From Octopus vulgaris (taxonomy: Eukaryota): 64,000 bases of DNA. Positions within the stretch are counted from its first letter, which is position 1. Each line of letters begins with the position of its first letter. Location of the stretch: NCBI GenBank assembly GCA_951406725.2, contig OX597823.1, positions 26,040,001-26,104,000 on the forward strand, in the 5' to 3' direction. The translations under genes were made by a program, and so were the position numbers. The notes under the pieces are model-generated. The model saw nothing but the letters and a program-made list of their open reading frames with translations. It was not told where the DNA came from and made no database searches. Positions 26,501-39,974 of the stretch are shown here, piece after piece.

Positions 26501-26803
26501 GATGTAGAAGAACTACATGACTATTCAAATATTAGAAGAGAGGGTGGAAGGTGATCAGGTGGAGCTGGAAAGCAATAAAAATGGTGGCAATAGGGCATTA
26601 AACATTAAAAAAATATAACCTTGGTAATTAAGAACTTAGTTGATCACAAATATAATTAAACTCCAATATTATCACAATGCAGTAAATCCAGGTGGAACAA
26701 ACTTGCATGTAATAAAAAGCAAAAAAACATAAATCTAACAGAATTCATAATTTGAATGTGCTTTACGGTTGTTTTAGTGGAATAAAATATGTCATTATCA
26801 ATC

Positions 26804-28530
26804 ATCATCATCATTTAATGTCCTCGCTTCGTGCTGGCATGGAATGGATGGCTTGACAGGATCTGACAGGGTCCAAAGACTACATTGTGTCCCCCGCTGT
26901 CTACTTTGGCATAGTTTCTATGGTTAGATGCCCTTCCTAACAACAGCCACTTTACAGCATGAACTGGGTGCTTTTTACATACCACTTGCACTAGTGCAGC
27001 TTGCAAACCTATGAACCCCAAGAGAGATGGTTTCATGCTAAGATTAAAGTACAAGAGTAGGGTCCCGGGGGGGGGGGGGTAGAACAGGTTTCTCACTGTA
27101 GAGGGGCCACATGGCAACTCACATTTCAGAGAGGGTGGGAGGTGATTGGGGTGGAATGAAGAAGAGATAAAAATAGTAGTAATGAAGCATTGGTGAATAC
27201 AAGAAGGGTACAAGGTGAGTAGAAGAAGTACAAACAAAAGGATTGGGAACGTGGGCAGGGAAAGGTTGTATGAGTGTATGGGAGAGTGAGAGATGGGGTA
27301 TGGGTAAGGAGGTGAGTAAAGAGAAAGAAGAACAAGTGTTGATAAGGTAGATGAGTAGGAGACAACTGTAGAGAAGGGGTAAAGTTGTGAGGTGGATGTA
27401 GTGAATGTTGGATAAGGGGTAGGAAGATGACCAATGATTATGGGGTGAAGAGAAACAGAATAGTAGTGATTATACAGTAAATGGGGGGGGTGAGATAGAG
27501 ATTGAGTTGGGTAGGTTGTATGAGTGGGTAGGAGGCAAGTATAGTGTATGGAAAGTGCAAGAAACAAATGGTGATGAAGGTGAGATGATTTGGTGGAACA
27601 GGGGGTGGGAGGTTAATATAAAGTGTGGATGGAGAGGACTATTAAGGATGAGGGGCTGGATATCAAGTAAAATGGTTCCAGGGTAGTGAGAAGGATTATT
27701 TGTACATAGTTGTATATATCATTATTTAACGTCCATTTTCCATGGCTGGATGGACTGACAGGGTCAACAAGCTGCAAGACTGCATCAAACTTCAGCTTCT
27801 AGGGCTCGATGCCCTTCCAAATAATACCAACCACTTTACAGCATGTACTGGGCTGCTTTTTCTTTTTCTTTTTTTTTTTTGTATCACTGACATTAATAAG
27901 GTCACCAGGTGACTTGCAATAGAGGAAAGTATAATAGAGGGAAAAGAAAAGAGAGAAAAAGAAAATACCCTTGAATAAGTTGGAAGGAAGAATATTAGGA
28001 TGAGGTGTAAGAGAAGTGTTGAGGTTTAAAAAGTATGGCAGAGGATAGCCCAGGTGTCTTGCAATAGACTACATACATGGATACTCTACATTATATGAGG
28101 GTGGGAATAGCTGGAAAGAGATGATGGTGATTAGATGCCAGAGTGTCTCAAGGTGATGTAAGAGAAGAGGAGATGGTCAGAAACATGGGTAGTGGGGAAA
28201 AACTGGAAATGCAGTTTGGTAAATATCAGTATTGGAGAAGGAGTAAAGTAAGAGGGATAGAAGTGGCTCAGGAAGGAGAGCAGATTGAAAAATAGGGGGA
28301 AGATGTACAAAGAGTGGTGGAAAAAGAGGTGCAGAGATACAAAGAGGGACTATAGTAAGTGGGCTGTGAAGAAAGTGTTGGGAATGATAGCATATATGAG
28401 AGGGAGATGGCTGAAGATACACAAAAGAGGTAGTGATCAATAGAAACAATGCAGGAGGAGAGGATAATGAAAATGAGGAATGGAAGAGGTCCTAGGGTGG
28501 GATGGAGGAAACTGGAAGTAGAGTTGTAAC
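26804..28530 (-). mobile_element. Two tandem RTE-type 3' ends, each followed by a long purine-rich (plus-strand) tract
   Basis: (ATC)n/atcattatttaacgtcc tails plus gatgcccttcc..ccactttacag at 26804 and ~27720; G/A-rich tracts ~27130-27690 and ~27920-28530. Confidence 0.6.
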
Positions 28531-28979
28531 ATGTACAGATTCTGCTCTCAAGTGATTACAGCAGCTGGCATTATCATAGGTAGAGAGCAGTAATGTGTGT
28601 TATATTTGGGAGAACGCTTGACAAGAAAGGCCTTGCACATACAAGCACAACCAAGGTGGTTTTAGGACATTGTTTTTGCATTGATAGATGGGTCTTCTCA
28701 AGCACAATCAATTGCCAATCATCTCGGTCCATATATATGCATTTCATACGTACACACACACATATATATAACAACCAGTGTTGGTTTGTTTGCATACTCT
28801 TAATAGAAACTCAGAGGTCTGGCAAAAGAGAGAGAATAAGTGCCAGGAATAAAAAGTAAGCACTGGGGTCAATTTGTTTGACTAGACCCTTCAAGGTGGT
28901 GCCTCAGCATGACTGTAGTCTAATGGCTGAGACAAGTAAAAGATAAAAGACACATATGCATGTGTGTACTCACACACTA

Positions 28980-29300
28980 TCATCATCATCATTTAATGTC
29001 TGTTTCCCATGCTGGCATGTGTCAGATGGTTTGAGTGGAACTGGTAAGTCGGAGAACTGCACCCGGTCCCAATCTGATTTGACATGGATTCTACAGCTGG
29101 ACGCCAACCATTCCAAGTGTGTAATGGGTGCTTTTTATGTGCCGCCAGCATGAGTGCCATTTGCATAACACTAGCAACAGCCACGACTATGATTTCATGG
29201 GTGACCTTTACACGGCACTGGCAACAGCCATGACTACGGTTTCACTTGGCTCGACGAGTCTTCTCAAGCACAGTATATCGCCAAAGGTGTTGGTCAGTGC
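28980..29300 (-). mobile_element. RTE LINE 3' end
   Basis: (CAT)n tail and conserved ccatgctggcatg...ctacagctgga 3' UTR. Confidence 0.75.
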
Positions 29301-29905
29301 TTAACATACTCTAATTTGACCATGCAAACATAGAAATGTGGACATTATAATATATATGTAAATATATGTGTGTGTGTTATTTCACTTAAGGATTGATTGC
29401 AACACTAATAAGCTGGCATTAGAATTCAATATACGTATCCTTCAGAAAAAAGCATCAGTTGAGTACAGATCAGTAATAAGAGATTAAATATAAGACAAGC
29501 TGTTTCTGCTGTAAGATACAATGCACTCATAGTTGAATGCTTGTGCCTCAACCTATACTTTTTTAATGGTAAAGCTTTTCCTATATGTGTGTATGTGTCT
29601 GTGTATTTTTTTATTCTTTTACATGTTCCAGTTATTTGATGGCAGCACCACCCTGAAGTGTTTTAGTCAAACAAATCACCCCACCCCCCAGGACTTATTT
29701 TTAAAGTCTAGTACTTATTCTATCAGTCACTTTTACCAAACCACTAAGTTACAGGGACGCAAATACACCAACACTAGTTTTGTCAAGCAGAGATGGGGAG
29801 GGGAACACTGACACACAGAGATTATATACATAGATATGTATATATAAAAATACAATGGCCTTCTTTCAGTTTCCGTCTACCAAATTCACCCACAAGACTT
29901 TGGTT

Positions 29906-30256
29906 GACCTGAGGCTATCGTACAAGACACTTACCTAACAATGGGATTGAACCCAGAACTATGTGGTTGGGAAGCAAGTTTCTTACCACACAGCCACTAT
30001 ATATCGTTGCCAGCACCACCAGACCTGAGGCTATCGTACAAGACACTTACCTAACAATGGGATTGAACCCAGAACTATGTGGTTGGGAAGCAAGTTTCTT
30101 ACCACACAGCCACTATATATCGTTGCCAGCACCACCAGACCTGAGGCTATCGTACAAGACACTTACCTAACAATGGGATTGAACCCAGAACCATGTGGTT
30201 GGGAAGCAAGTTTCTTACCACACAGCCACTATATATCGTTGCCAGCACCACCAGAC
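29906..30256. repeat. Triplicated 116-bp unit spanning a SINE head / RTE 3' UTR junction
   Basis: Unit gacctgaggctatcg...gccagcaccacca starts at 29906, 30022 and 30138. Confidence 0.95.
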
Positions 30257-30518
30257 TGGCTCCCATGCAGGTAGCACGAAAAAAACACCTTTTGAGCGTG
30301 GTTGTTGCCAGAACCGCCTGACTGGCCCTCGTGCCAGTGGCATGTAAAAGCACCCACTACACCCTCAGAGTGGTTGGCGTTACGAAGGGCATCCAGCTGT
30401 AGAAACTTTGCCAGATCAGATTGGAGCCTGGTGCAGCCTTCTGGTTCGCTAGTCCTCAGTCAAACCGTCCAACCCATGCCAGCATGGAAAGCGGACGTTA
30501 AACGACGACGATGATGAT
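30235..30518 (+). mobile_element. RTE LINE 3' end
   Basis: ...ccatgccagcatggaaagcggacgttaaacgacgacgatgatgat tail. Confidence 0.85.
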
Positions 30519-30699
30519 ATATATATATAAATGCTTTCCCAAATAAGATTGCACTTCATTTTTGAAGCTCTGATGAAGCCATAGGGTGATACACAAGTAT
30601 TCAACTATGAATGCATTGCATCTTGGAGCAGCAACAAGTATAAGCTAGTGAAGTTCATTACATAATTTTCTTCTTCTCTGTTATTTAATTTCTCATATA

Positions 30700-30990
30700 T
30701 CATCATCATCACTTAACATCTGTTGTCCATGCTTGCATGGGTTGGATGGTTTTAACCAGGGCTGATAAGCTGAGGAGCTGCACCAGACTCCAGTCTGATT
30801 TGGCATGGTTTCTACACCTGGATGCCTTTCTTAACACCAACCACTCCGAGAGTGTACTTTCATGTGCCAGTCGCATGATACCAGTATCTGCCATAACTTC
30901 GATTTCACTTCGTTTGATGGGTCTTCTCAAGCACAGCATATTGCCAAGGGTCTCGGTCATTAGTCACGGCTTCTGTGAAGCTCAACGCTC
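30700..30990 (-). mobile_element. RTE LINE 3' end
   Basis: (CAT)n tail plus the conserved 3' UTR, tail-to-tail with the copy at 30235-30518. Confidence 0.8.
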
Positions 30991-31125
30991 TTGCCAATAA
31001 TAGACAAAACCAACCTAGTTATCTAGGTTACATGTATTGCCTGGTGGTTAAGAAGCTCAACTTACAATCGTGTAGTTTCAGGTTCAGTCCCATAGCATAG
31101 CTGTTTGGGGAGGTATATACTTCAA

Positions 31126-31346
31126 CCCTTTAGCATTTTAACCAACCATATCTGGCCAAAATATTCTACTTGTTTTATGTTCAAACTGACCAGATCTAGC
31201 CTCTAACACCTACCTACCCTACAATGCCATTGTAAAAATAAGCAGTCACATCATAATCTTGAAGGTGCAATTATAATGCAGGATTAATTCAAATAATGTG
31301 GATTAATAAATATTACATTTGATAGAATAATCTGAATGCTAAAGGG
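31126..31346. mobile_element. piggyBac-like MITE nested in a SINE
   Basis: tcaa|ccctttagcatt ... aatgctaaaggg|ttaa; the SINE head before it (~31040-31120) resumes after it. Confidence 0.8.
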
Positions 31347-34154
31347 TTAACCTGGGCCAAACAAAGCTTTGTGAATGAAATTGGTATAGAAATCATAGGG
31401 AGCTTGTTTGTGCGTGAGTACACGCTTGTTGATATACCATACTTGTCAGTACTTAGTGGTGATGTTGATGACATGTCTGGTCACTGTACATTCAAGGACT
31501 TCGGGGGGGGGGGGACTTTCACTTTAAAAAAAACATGCTGGTGAAGAAAAGGCAACTGACACTGAAATGCAACTCTTCACAAGTTTCCACCTATTCTATG
31601 CCAGCATGGAAAAATGGAGACAAAACAGATGTATGTCTACACACAAGCATATACAAGGATATACATATCATTTCAACTTCTACTTTCCTATGCTTGTATG
31701 GGTTTGCTGTTTGTTGAAGCAGATTTTCTATGCCCAAATACTCTTTCTGTCACAATCTTCCAACTGCTTCCAAGCCTTGTAATATTTCTCTTAGTTGTTC
31801 AAACATGAACATTACAATGGGTCGACGTGTTTTCAAAGAGGATTGTAAAAAAATTACAACACTTGTATAAGAGTGAAGCTTGTTGAAAACTGTTGCTCAA
31901 TGTCAAGGCAAGGGGATGCAAACACCTCTTTCAATGTCCATCTACCAAATTCGCTGAAGCCACTGGTCAACATGAGGTTGTAACAGAAGACACTTTTTCA
32001 AAGTACTGCATAGTAGGACTGAACTCAAAACCACATGGTCGGAAAGCAAGCTGATTATCTACCCAGCAATAAATATATGCACACTTATATACACATATAC
32101 ATGCTATGTAGTAGGGATAATATGGTTATATGTTTAAGAAGTTTGATCTGCAATCATGAGATCATGGTTATACATAACATCTTGGATCATTTTCTAGAGC
32201 CTCAAAATTGACCCATAATTTCTAAGTGAAATTGGTAGCTAGATTAGCCTTGTCTCTGACTCTATATTTAACAAATTAAGAATTCCATATTTAACATATT
32301 AAGTTTCAATATATTATTATTCATTAAAATAACTGTAAATGGAATGAATTTGCAGAGAGATAAGTTGACAAGAAAATGTTTGAGTTTGATATAGGTGCAG
32401 ACTAGCTTGTATGGTGAAGTTTGCTATCCATTATAAGTCACTATGGGCAAGTGTCTTCTACTATAGCCACAGGCTAACCAAAGCCTTGTGAGTGGATCTG
32501 ATAGATCGAAAGTCAAAGAAAACTGTCGTGTGTATGTCGTGTGTTCGCAGGAGTGAGTGAGTTCATATTTCCCTCGTCTTCATTGGTTGTAAACAATGTC
32601 CTTGCAAGCAGTGTCGTTTGTTTGCAGTTCTCTGCATAACTATGTTAAAGCAACATGTCTATTGCTCGATAGTCTGGAAGATTATTATCACACTTGAAAA
32701 CAGGTGGGAATTGGTGTGAGGAAGGGCATCTAGCCGTAGAAAATTCTGCTCTTACCAGGTCCATGCAAGAATGGAAAAGTAGATGTTAAATAATGATAAT
32801 AGACTACATACACAGATACAAATATCTATGCATATGCAGACCAACAGATACAGTCGTTCACGCATAAATCATCATACACAGACATATATTACATATATAT
32901 ATACACACACACACACAATTATATATCTATATATACACACAATTATATATCTATATATACACACATTTTTATATCTGTGTCTGTCTATTATCTAGCTATC
33001 TACACAAAGACTCTAATATATATGCACACACATACTCAGACATGTCCATATACACTAACACAATTCTCTCTCTCATACTATGTAATATAAACATACATAT
33101 GTATGTATGAATTAGAGTTATTGTTGCTCAATTAATTAGCCACTGCCAATTAATAGTGTCACTGAACAAGAAATTGAAGGTAGCGACGGTGAAGATGAAG
33201 GCATTAAACAGTAAACGATGCTGTGTGAATAATTTCAGCAGCAAATCATCTCTAGCTTGAACAACAATTACTTCTGCTACTACAACTTGAACAAAGCATG
33301 AACATCACTTTATCTCACTTCTACAAATACTAGAGCTGAGTAAGGCATGAATATCACCTCATCTCAACCCTACTTAACTGTAGATACGAGCTCAACAAAC
33401 GCCTGTATTACGTACGAGTATGGACATCGTATAATCTAATTTATCAGTCTTAGAAACCTGTGGCCTTGAGCTTACATGTTGCAAAGAAAGAAATCATCAT
33501 CATTATTATTGTTGTTGTTGTTGTTGTTACTATCACAGACAATAGCCATTATTTACTATTAAAATTATTCTTGTTACACTCTTGCCATTGTTGCTGTTGC
33601 AGCTACTATATACTAAGAAACCAAAGAGGTCTCTATGTTAGTAGTTCGACATGCTAGAAATAGTAGCCAACTTTTTTTATCAACTCACACCATATCTTAA
33701 AAAGGGGAGGATATACTAATGCCTAAAAAATACGAGATCATAGACTTGATCGATGAGATTTACCTGGGGTAATAATGCTTACAATAATATATTATTAGTA
33801 GCCATGTTATATTATTGTGAAACAAGTTACTACTACATTAGAGTAAGCGTTATTACATCTATTATTAACTATTTTGGGAAGAAAAACAACAAACATGTAT
33901 TCTATTTTTCATATAATTATTACTGCATAAACCCCATAACGTTTTGTAATTTATCCTTGTAATTTCAGAGGTTCACTTCGCCGTTTATCCTTCTAGGGTC
34001 GATAAAATAAAGTACCAGTCAAGTACTGGAGTCGATAGTATAGGCTAATCCCTAATTAGCTCTCTTCTGGCCTTATATCTAAATTAGAAACCAATATCTT
34101 CTAGTGTAAGTCATTCTGATAAAGGAAATCTATTGTTGTTGTATGTTAAAAACG

Positions 34155-34186
<32 letters not shown>

Positions 34187-35460
34187 CATCAATATCAAAC
34201 TCCCTCCTAGTAATGTCTCAATCGCTGCCCCTGTGGCAAATAAGACCATTTCCATTGTCTGCTTTTAGCTTATTTTTCTTATACAGCTAACATAAATGGA
34301 AACAAATTGGAATATCAAAAACAAAATCAACAAGTCAGTAACTGAAGCAAAATGATGTCTTGTCATTTCGTAATCAACTTTGGTTTACAAAAGCAGAGAC
34401 CAAACATCCACAGTTTAGTGAAGGCCTTTGTTTGTTAATAGACAAGACAAAGCCGTTTTTTTTTTCCCTTCCATTTCTCTGTTAAAAATATTATTTCACG
34501 TTTTGCTATTATGTGATATTTTAGAATCGATGAGAAAATATAGAGGACACAGCTGTTTTTTTAATATTTTTCTTTTATTTGTATGAAACAGTTTTGACAT
34601 ATAGAGCATTTGTTGGACATTTCTACAGAGGAAGTAGACAGAACTGTTTATTCTTCATACTGCTACTACTCAGCATACTATAAATGCTTAAATATCCTAT
34701 TTTTACATTGTGCCATATCAATATTATGATGGCCCTTCACAATCAACTACAAGCCTTTCTCTCGCACAACATATATGAGAGATATTCTTTCGTATAGCTT
34801 TTAGCTTCGAGTGTAAAATTTTAGAAAGATGATTTTCCATTTCTCTCGAAAACAACAAATAAAAGAACTAAATATGTTGGCTATAAACATTGACACGTTC
34901 CCGCAACATTCTTCAAACAAGAAACCTTGCAGAGAAGTCTACATTATTTAGTTTCTATCTGAGAGAGAGAGAGAGAGAGAACGAATGTTATTGTTGATAT
35001 TTTAACCTTAGATCACCAACAATCGAGTAAACTTCAGATCAAAAGTATTCTTGACGTGACCATCCTGCTTTAAAAATCTAATATGAATACTAATACGATT
35101 TAAGTGAGATCTGGCTGCTATTTCTAGCAATTCGGACGACCACACTAAGGTGTCGTTCGCTTGAGATGGTATTAACAAGGTGCTTGGTAAATACAAAAAC
35201 TTTTTTTTACCAATTCTACTAAGCCAGTGTGCTTTGATCGGGCAGGGGCACTGCCATTAATTCAAACGATATTCCCCGGTACTTGAATGGCACTTTATTT
35301 TATCGATCCCAGAAGGATGAAAAGCGTAATTTATGTTCAGTGTTCAAATCCTCACCATAAAGCTACGTAAATAAACATCGTCCGCAACAAAGAATTAAAA
35401 GAAAAAAAAAACTGAATAAACAATAATAATACTACCTACAATGAACAGTGTTTAATATAA

Positions 35461-35592
35461 GGTTATTACCAGTTCAAATATGCTTGAAGCATATTCGAAT
35501 CCCCACAGTAGACAAATGGTGTAAATTTTGTCCACGACAAAAAACATTACGGGCTCGAATATGCCCCAAGCATATTTGAACTGGTAATAACC
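35461..35592. repeat. 132-bp hairpin / inverted repeat
   Basis: ggttattaccagttcaaatatgcttgaagcatattcgaatcc versus gggctcgaatatgccccaagcatatttgaactggtaataacc (42-bp arms, 4 mismatches). Confidence 0.85.
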
Positions 35593-36967
35593 ATCACTGC
35601 TTAGCGCTGCCACCCCGTAATACTTAATATGTTGTAAACCCATTGAAATTGGTGATGGAACGTAAAAATAAGTCACCTCCCTCGAAACTACTTAGCTATT
35701 TTATATATTTGGAACTAGCACATTAAGACGAGGATGTTAAAGATTTTTTTTATTTATGATAGGGGACATACCAGAGTTTTTAAAAATGACATGCAAAATA
35801 TTCTTTTTTTTTATAAGCAGACCCAAATAAATACATTTTTTATAACTAATAACAAATAGAATTAAAAAAACCCGAGACCCGAAAAATCTTTACTTTTTAA
35901 AGGTTTATCTGAACGATTAATATATTTCTGTTGTAATTAACAGAGGAAATTATTTATGTATTAATTTATCAATTAATAGAGAAGTATAAAGTGATATACA
36001 ACCAAACGTATGTTTGGGCCAAATGACTCAAAATACAAAAAACATGAACATATTCTATTTAATAATCTTTACTTCGAAGGTTAGACGATCGCCTTTAGGC
36101 TTTCGTAGCCAAAACTTCAGTAATAGTAGTTTATTTATGTAGATAATGGATATATATATTATGAGAGTTAAACACTGTAGAGCAATGTTTTATCTCGTTC
36201 CTGTTCAGTAATAATCAACATTAAACTGAAAACAATGAAGTAAGCTTTGATACACTGTAGCAAGCACGACCACCTTACTATAGTGTGTGTGTGTGTGTAC
36301 ACAAATTATACACACACATATATATATATATTAGACACACGTTTATACATACATATAACTCGATCACAACCAACCCAGAATATATAATTAGATAAAGGAT
36401 ATTAACTTGAAATGGAAATGAGATAGAGAGAGAGATTTAAGATGTGCGTTTTAGACGTGTTGAACACAACACATTCCAACTGAGACATGATAACATCGAG
36501 TGTTCGATAAAGTTTTAAAAATAAGTCAAGAGATTTTAAACTACCACGGTAGTCCATTAGTCTACCCCATAAATATGAAAAAGAGTTAAAAAAACTCGGA
36601 ATATTTTACGTAAAACAAAACATCTAAAATGCGACAGATATTAGAATTAAAATAGCAGGTATGTTAGTTGTTGTTTAGATATTAGGTTTTAGCCAAGATC
36701 GAACAAACATATAATAAAAGACAGTTCAGCCTTCATCATCCTTTAAATATATATAACCCTAGGTAAATCCAATGGTATACCAAAAACAGTGAGGTTTGGT
36801 TCCTATTCTAGTAGGTTCGAATCACAGAGGCTCCTTCACTGACTCACAGCATTAATAGCTGTTTTGATCTGGGGCATGTTGAATGAACAAACCAAGTTCT
36901 AACCGTGACTACTATTTTTATATATATATGTATTAGATCCTACATTTTTAAATGTGTCCTTCCCTGT

Positions 36968-37000
<33 letters not shown>

Positions 37001-37391
37001 TTAAATTCCCCAACAGGATAGAGTGTTGCTGCTATTCGGGGAAGATATGGGTTTGGCTGTGACTTCTAAAAAGCTAAGTGACTGTGAAGAGACCCTCCTT
37101 AGTTCGTCAGCGCAAAGATAGTAGCAGTCTTGGTAGTGACTACAAGTATTATACAGCTTCGAGTCGAACACAATGTTTATGTTTAACAATCAGATATGAT
37201 CATATACTATTAAAGTTAAAGGGGGGGGGGTGTTACACACACACACACACGCTTTTACACAAATATTTAGTCATTCACTTTACACCCTAACACGTTTATT
37301 ATAAATATATAACTTTATACACAAACATTATGTATTTCTATACATTTATACACATACATTTTTATGAATAAACTCACATACTTCGTTTTTG

Positions 37392-37435
<44 letters not shown>

Positions 37436-37664
37436 GCGTAATGAATCTCCCAAGACAAAATATTAAGCTTCAAACACAACACAGACGATAACAAAAAGAA
37501 GTACTTGATATGTGTATATACACGCTGTGAAATCATTACATATATATAGGTGTGTGTGTGTGTAATATTTTCTGCTGCTGCATCAATATATTACTACATA
37601 TAGACAATTACACACACACACAAATATATATATACACACATATATACGTGTCTGTGTGTATACG

Positions 37665-37695
<31 letters not shown>

Positions 37696-37897
37696 ACATA
37701 CATATTATATATATATATATATACCACACTTTATATATAAAGCTCCAGAACCATATCACAAACAGACCATCATCTCAACAGAAGGAAGTACTTGATCTAT
37801 GCGTTGTCAAATCATTACACTGATATATATATATATATTATATTATATTATATCGTATTTTCTGTCGTTGTTGCTTTAACAATATATTGTTACTTAC

Positions 37898-37940
37898 CAA
37901 CATCAGGATCAAAAGATCCCGAGTTACCAAATAATGGCAT
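37898..37940 (-). CDS. STAM: First coding exon of signal transducing adapter molecule (ESCRT-0, VHS-domain N-terminus)
   Basis: ATG CCA TTA TTT GGT AAC TCG GGA TCT TTT GAT CCT GAT GTT G|GTAAGTA = MPLFGNSGSFDPDV plus a phase-1 donor. Compare human STAM1 MPLFATNPFDQDV-E, with, as I recall, the same intron position. A at -3 of the ATG. Exon 2 not found in the window. Confidence 0.78.
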
Positions 37941-38150
37941 ATTTTGTAGCCTGTGTTTCACAACAACAGTGGGGGGTCGACGGCAGACGTAAGCTCCTCC
38001 TTTTCACATTGACACTAAGCTAAAAACTTCAACACTTTACACAGCTTCGACTTCCTCTACAGCTGCCACTGCGCATGTCAATATGATGTCACTTGCTTTT
38101 ATTTCCGATTGTTCATCGGTCCACGTGAGACTGACTCGACAACTTCCTTT
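37941..38150 (-). promoter_or_regulatory. STAM 5' UTR and core promoter
   Basis: CpG-retaining; ETS-like ACTTCC (38050, 38142), NRF1-like TGCGCATG (38070-38077), E-box CACGTG (38122-38127). Confidence 0.6.
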
Positions 38151-38175
38151 TAGCTTTCTCACTATATCTTTGTGT

Positions 38176-38220
<45 letters not shown>

Positions 38221-38309
38221 CATATATATATATAATGTTTATATGTGTATGTTTATTTATATATGTCTGTGTGTGTGTATGTCAAAATAAACTTGTACAT
38301 TATATGTGA

Positions 38310-38390
38310 AACTCTGATGAAGCTATGCAGTAATGCACAAACACTCAGATCTAGGTGCACTGTATCTAATAGTAGAAACAGCTGTAAGCT
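38310..38390 (+). ncRNA. Type I hammerhead ribozyme-like motif (minimal Penelope/retrozyme type)
   Basis: CTGATGA (38314-20); long stem II (gctat/atagt, atgcagt/actgtat, tgcac/gtgca); GAAA (38375-78); C-AGCT-G palindromic stem/loop III; GTA cleavage triplet; short stem I aact/agct. Confidence 0.65.
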
Positions 38391-38719
38391 AATGAAGTTG
38401 ATTACGTAATTCTTGTTCCTTTGTTATTTACTTAACTTCATATTATGTTCTATGCTTGCATAACTCTTTATTCTGCAGCATATATACAGTGTGTTTTGTG
38501 TTATTAGTAGCGTTATGACTAAGCAAAATTTTCATATTTATATAAAATTTCTTTAGGGGATACCAGTCAAGCCACCTATACTTATATCCAGATATGCCTG
38601 TCAGTAACTCCTCACTTGAATGGGCCATAATAACACAGAACTTCACTTACAAAAAAATTAACAGATTTTGTTATATTGGCCAAAAACACACCTAAGTTTT
38701 CTGTGTCTGCGTGTATGTA

Positions 38720-38773
<54 letters not shown>

Positions 38774-38774
<1 letters not shown>

Positions 38775-39173
38775 TAGCAGTATCGCCCGGCGTTGCTCGG
38801 GTTTGTAAGGGAAATAACTATATAAGCATTTTTAGAGAGTTATAGCCAAAAATTAGCAAAAAAATGCATTAAAAATGGAAAAAATATGATGGTAATTTTT
38901 TTTTAAAAATCGTTGACTCATCGTAGACATTTTTAGAGAGTTACTTCCCTTATATAATAGCGAAAAAATGCATTAAAACGGAAAAAAAATTATGGTAATT
39001 TTTTTTTTTAATCGTAGACTCATCGTAGACGCGCGCTAATGCCCAGAAGGGCTCGATATGAATCACAACTATAAGATACCCGGTTTTGGTTAAACTGCAC
39101 CGCAAAATATGGGAGTAGTTAGGAATCTAAATCGTAGGAGACAGACACACAACTTGACTTTTATATATAAAGA
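38774..39173 (-). mobile_element. Non-autonomous Helitron
   Basis: A|TCTTTATATATAAAAG 5' end; cccgagcaacgccggg hairpin plus CTAG|T 3' end. Confidence 0.9.
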
Positions 39174-39361
39174 TATCGTGTACATTTTTCTCATTTTTGG
39201 CTTGCCTTCATTAAGAATTAGCACATATCAGCAGCATTTCTATATGAAGATGTGACTACGCAGGGTTAAAAAAATTTGATGATTGATATAAACTCAACAC
39301 AAAGAAAAAGCTCTTTTCATATAAATGTGTGAGTGTATCCATACATACATACATACATATA

Positions 39362-39536
39362 TTCTTTTGTTTCAGTTATTTGACTGCGGCCATGCTGGAG
39401 CACCGCTTTGAAGGATTTATTTAGTCGAACAAATCGACCTTAGTACTTATTCTATCGGTCTGTTTTGCCGAACCGCTAAGTTATGAGGACATAAACACAC
39501 CAGCATCGGTTGTCAAGCAATGGTAGGTGGGGACAA

Positions 39537-39560
<24 letters not shown>
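39362..39560 (-). mobile_element. SINE 3' half
   Basis: gactgcggccatgctggagcacc...ttgtcaagc matches the SINE 3' region. Confidence 0.75.
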
Positions 39561-39581
<21 letters not shown>

Positions 39582-39582
<1 letters not shown>

Positions 39583-39963
39583 CTCTATATATAAACGGCA
39601 GTTTGTCTGTGCGTGTTTCTGTGTGTCTGTTTGCTTGTACTCTCACCCTGACCACGGCTTTCAACCGATTCTGATGAAACTTGACACACACATAGCCCAA
39701 TGTCATAATTCAAAACTAACGCAGCGAAAATTTTGAAAAGTTCCCCAGTTCTGAAAAAAATCGATATATTCGACATGGGGTCGAGAATCAGAAACACAAA
39801 CCGCAAACTGTCTAGGGGACGCAACTCCACCTTTTTTACTCTCAAAAAAAAATTACCATCATTTTTTTCCAATTTTTTCGCTATTTTTTTGGCTATAACT
39901 CTCTAAAAATGCTTTTTAGTTATTTCCCTTACAAACCTGAGCAATGCCGGGCGATACTGCTAG
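39582..39963 (+). mobile_element. Non-autonomous Helitron
   Basis: A|TCTCTATATATAAAC 5' end; cctgagcaatgccggg hairpin plus CTAG|T 3' end; 3' part shared with 38774-39173. Confidence 0.9.
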
Positions 39964-39974
39964 TATATATATAT

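Noticed and set aside
26815-27567. 250-aa ORF
   Set aside because: Low-complexity product of a pyrimidine-rich strand in a LINE-associated tract; no domain.
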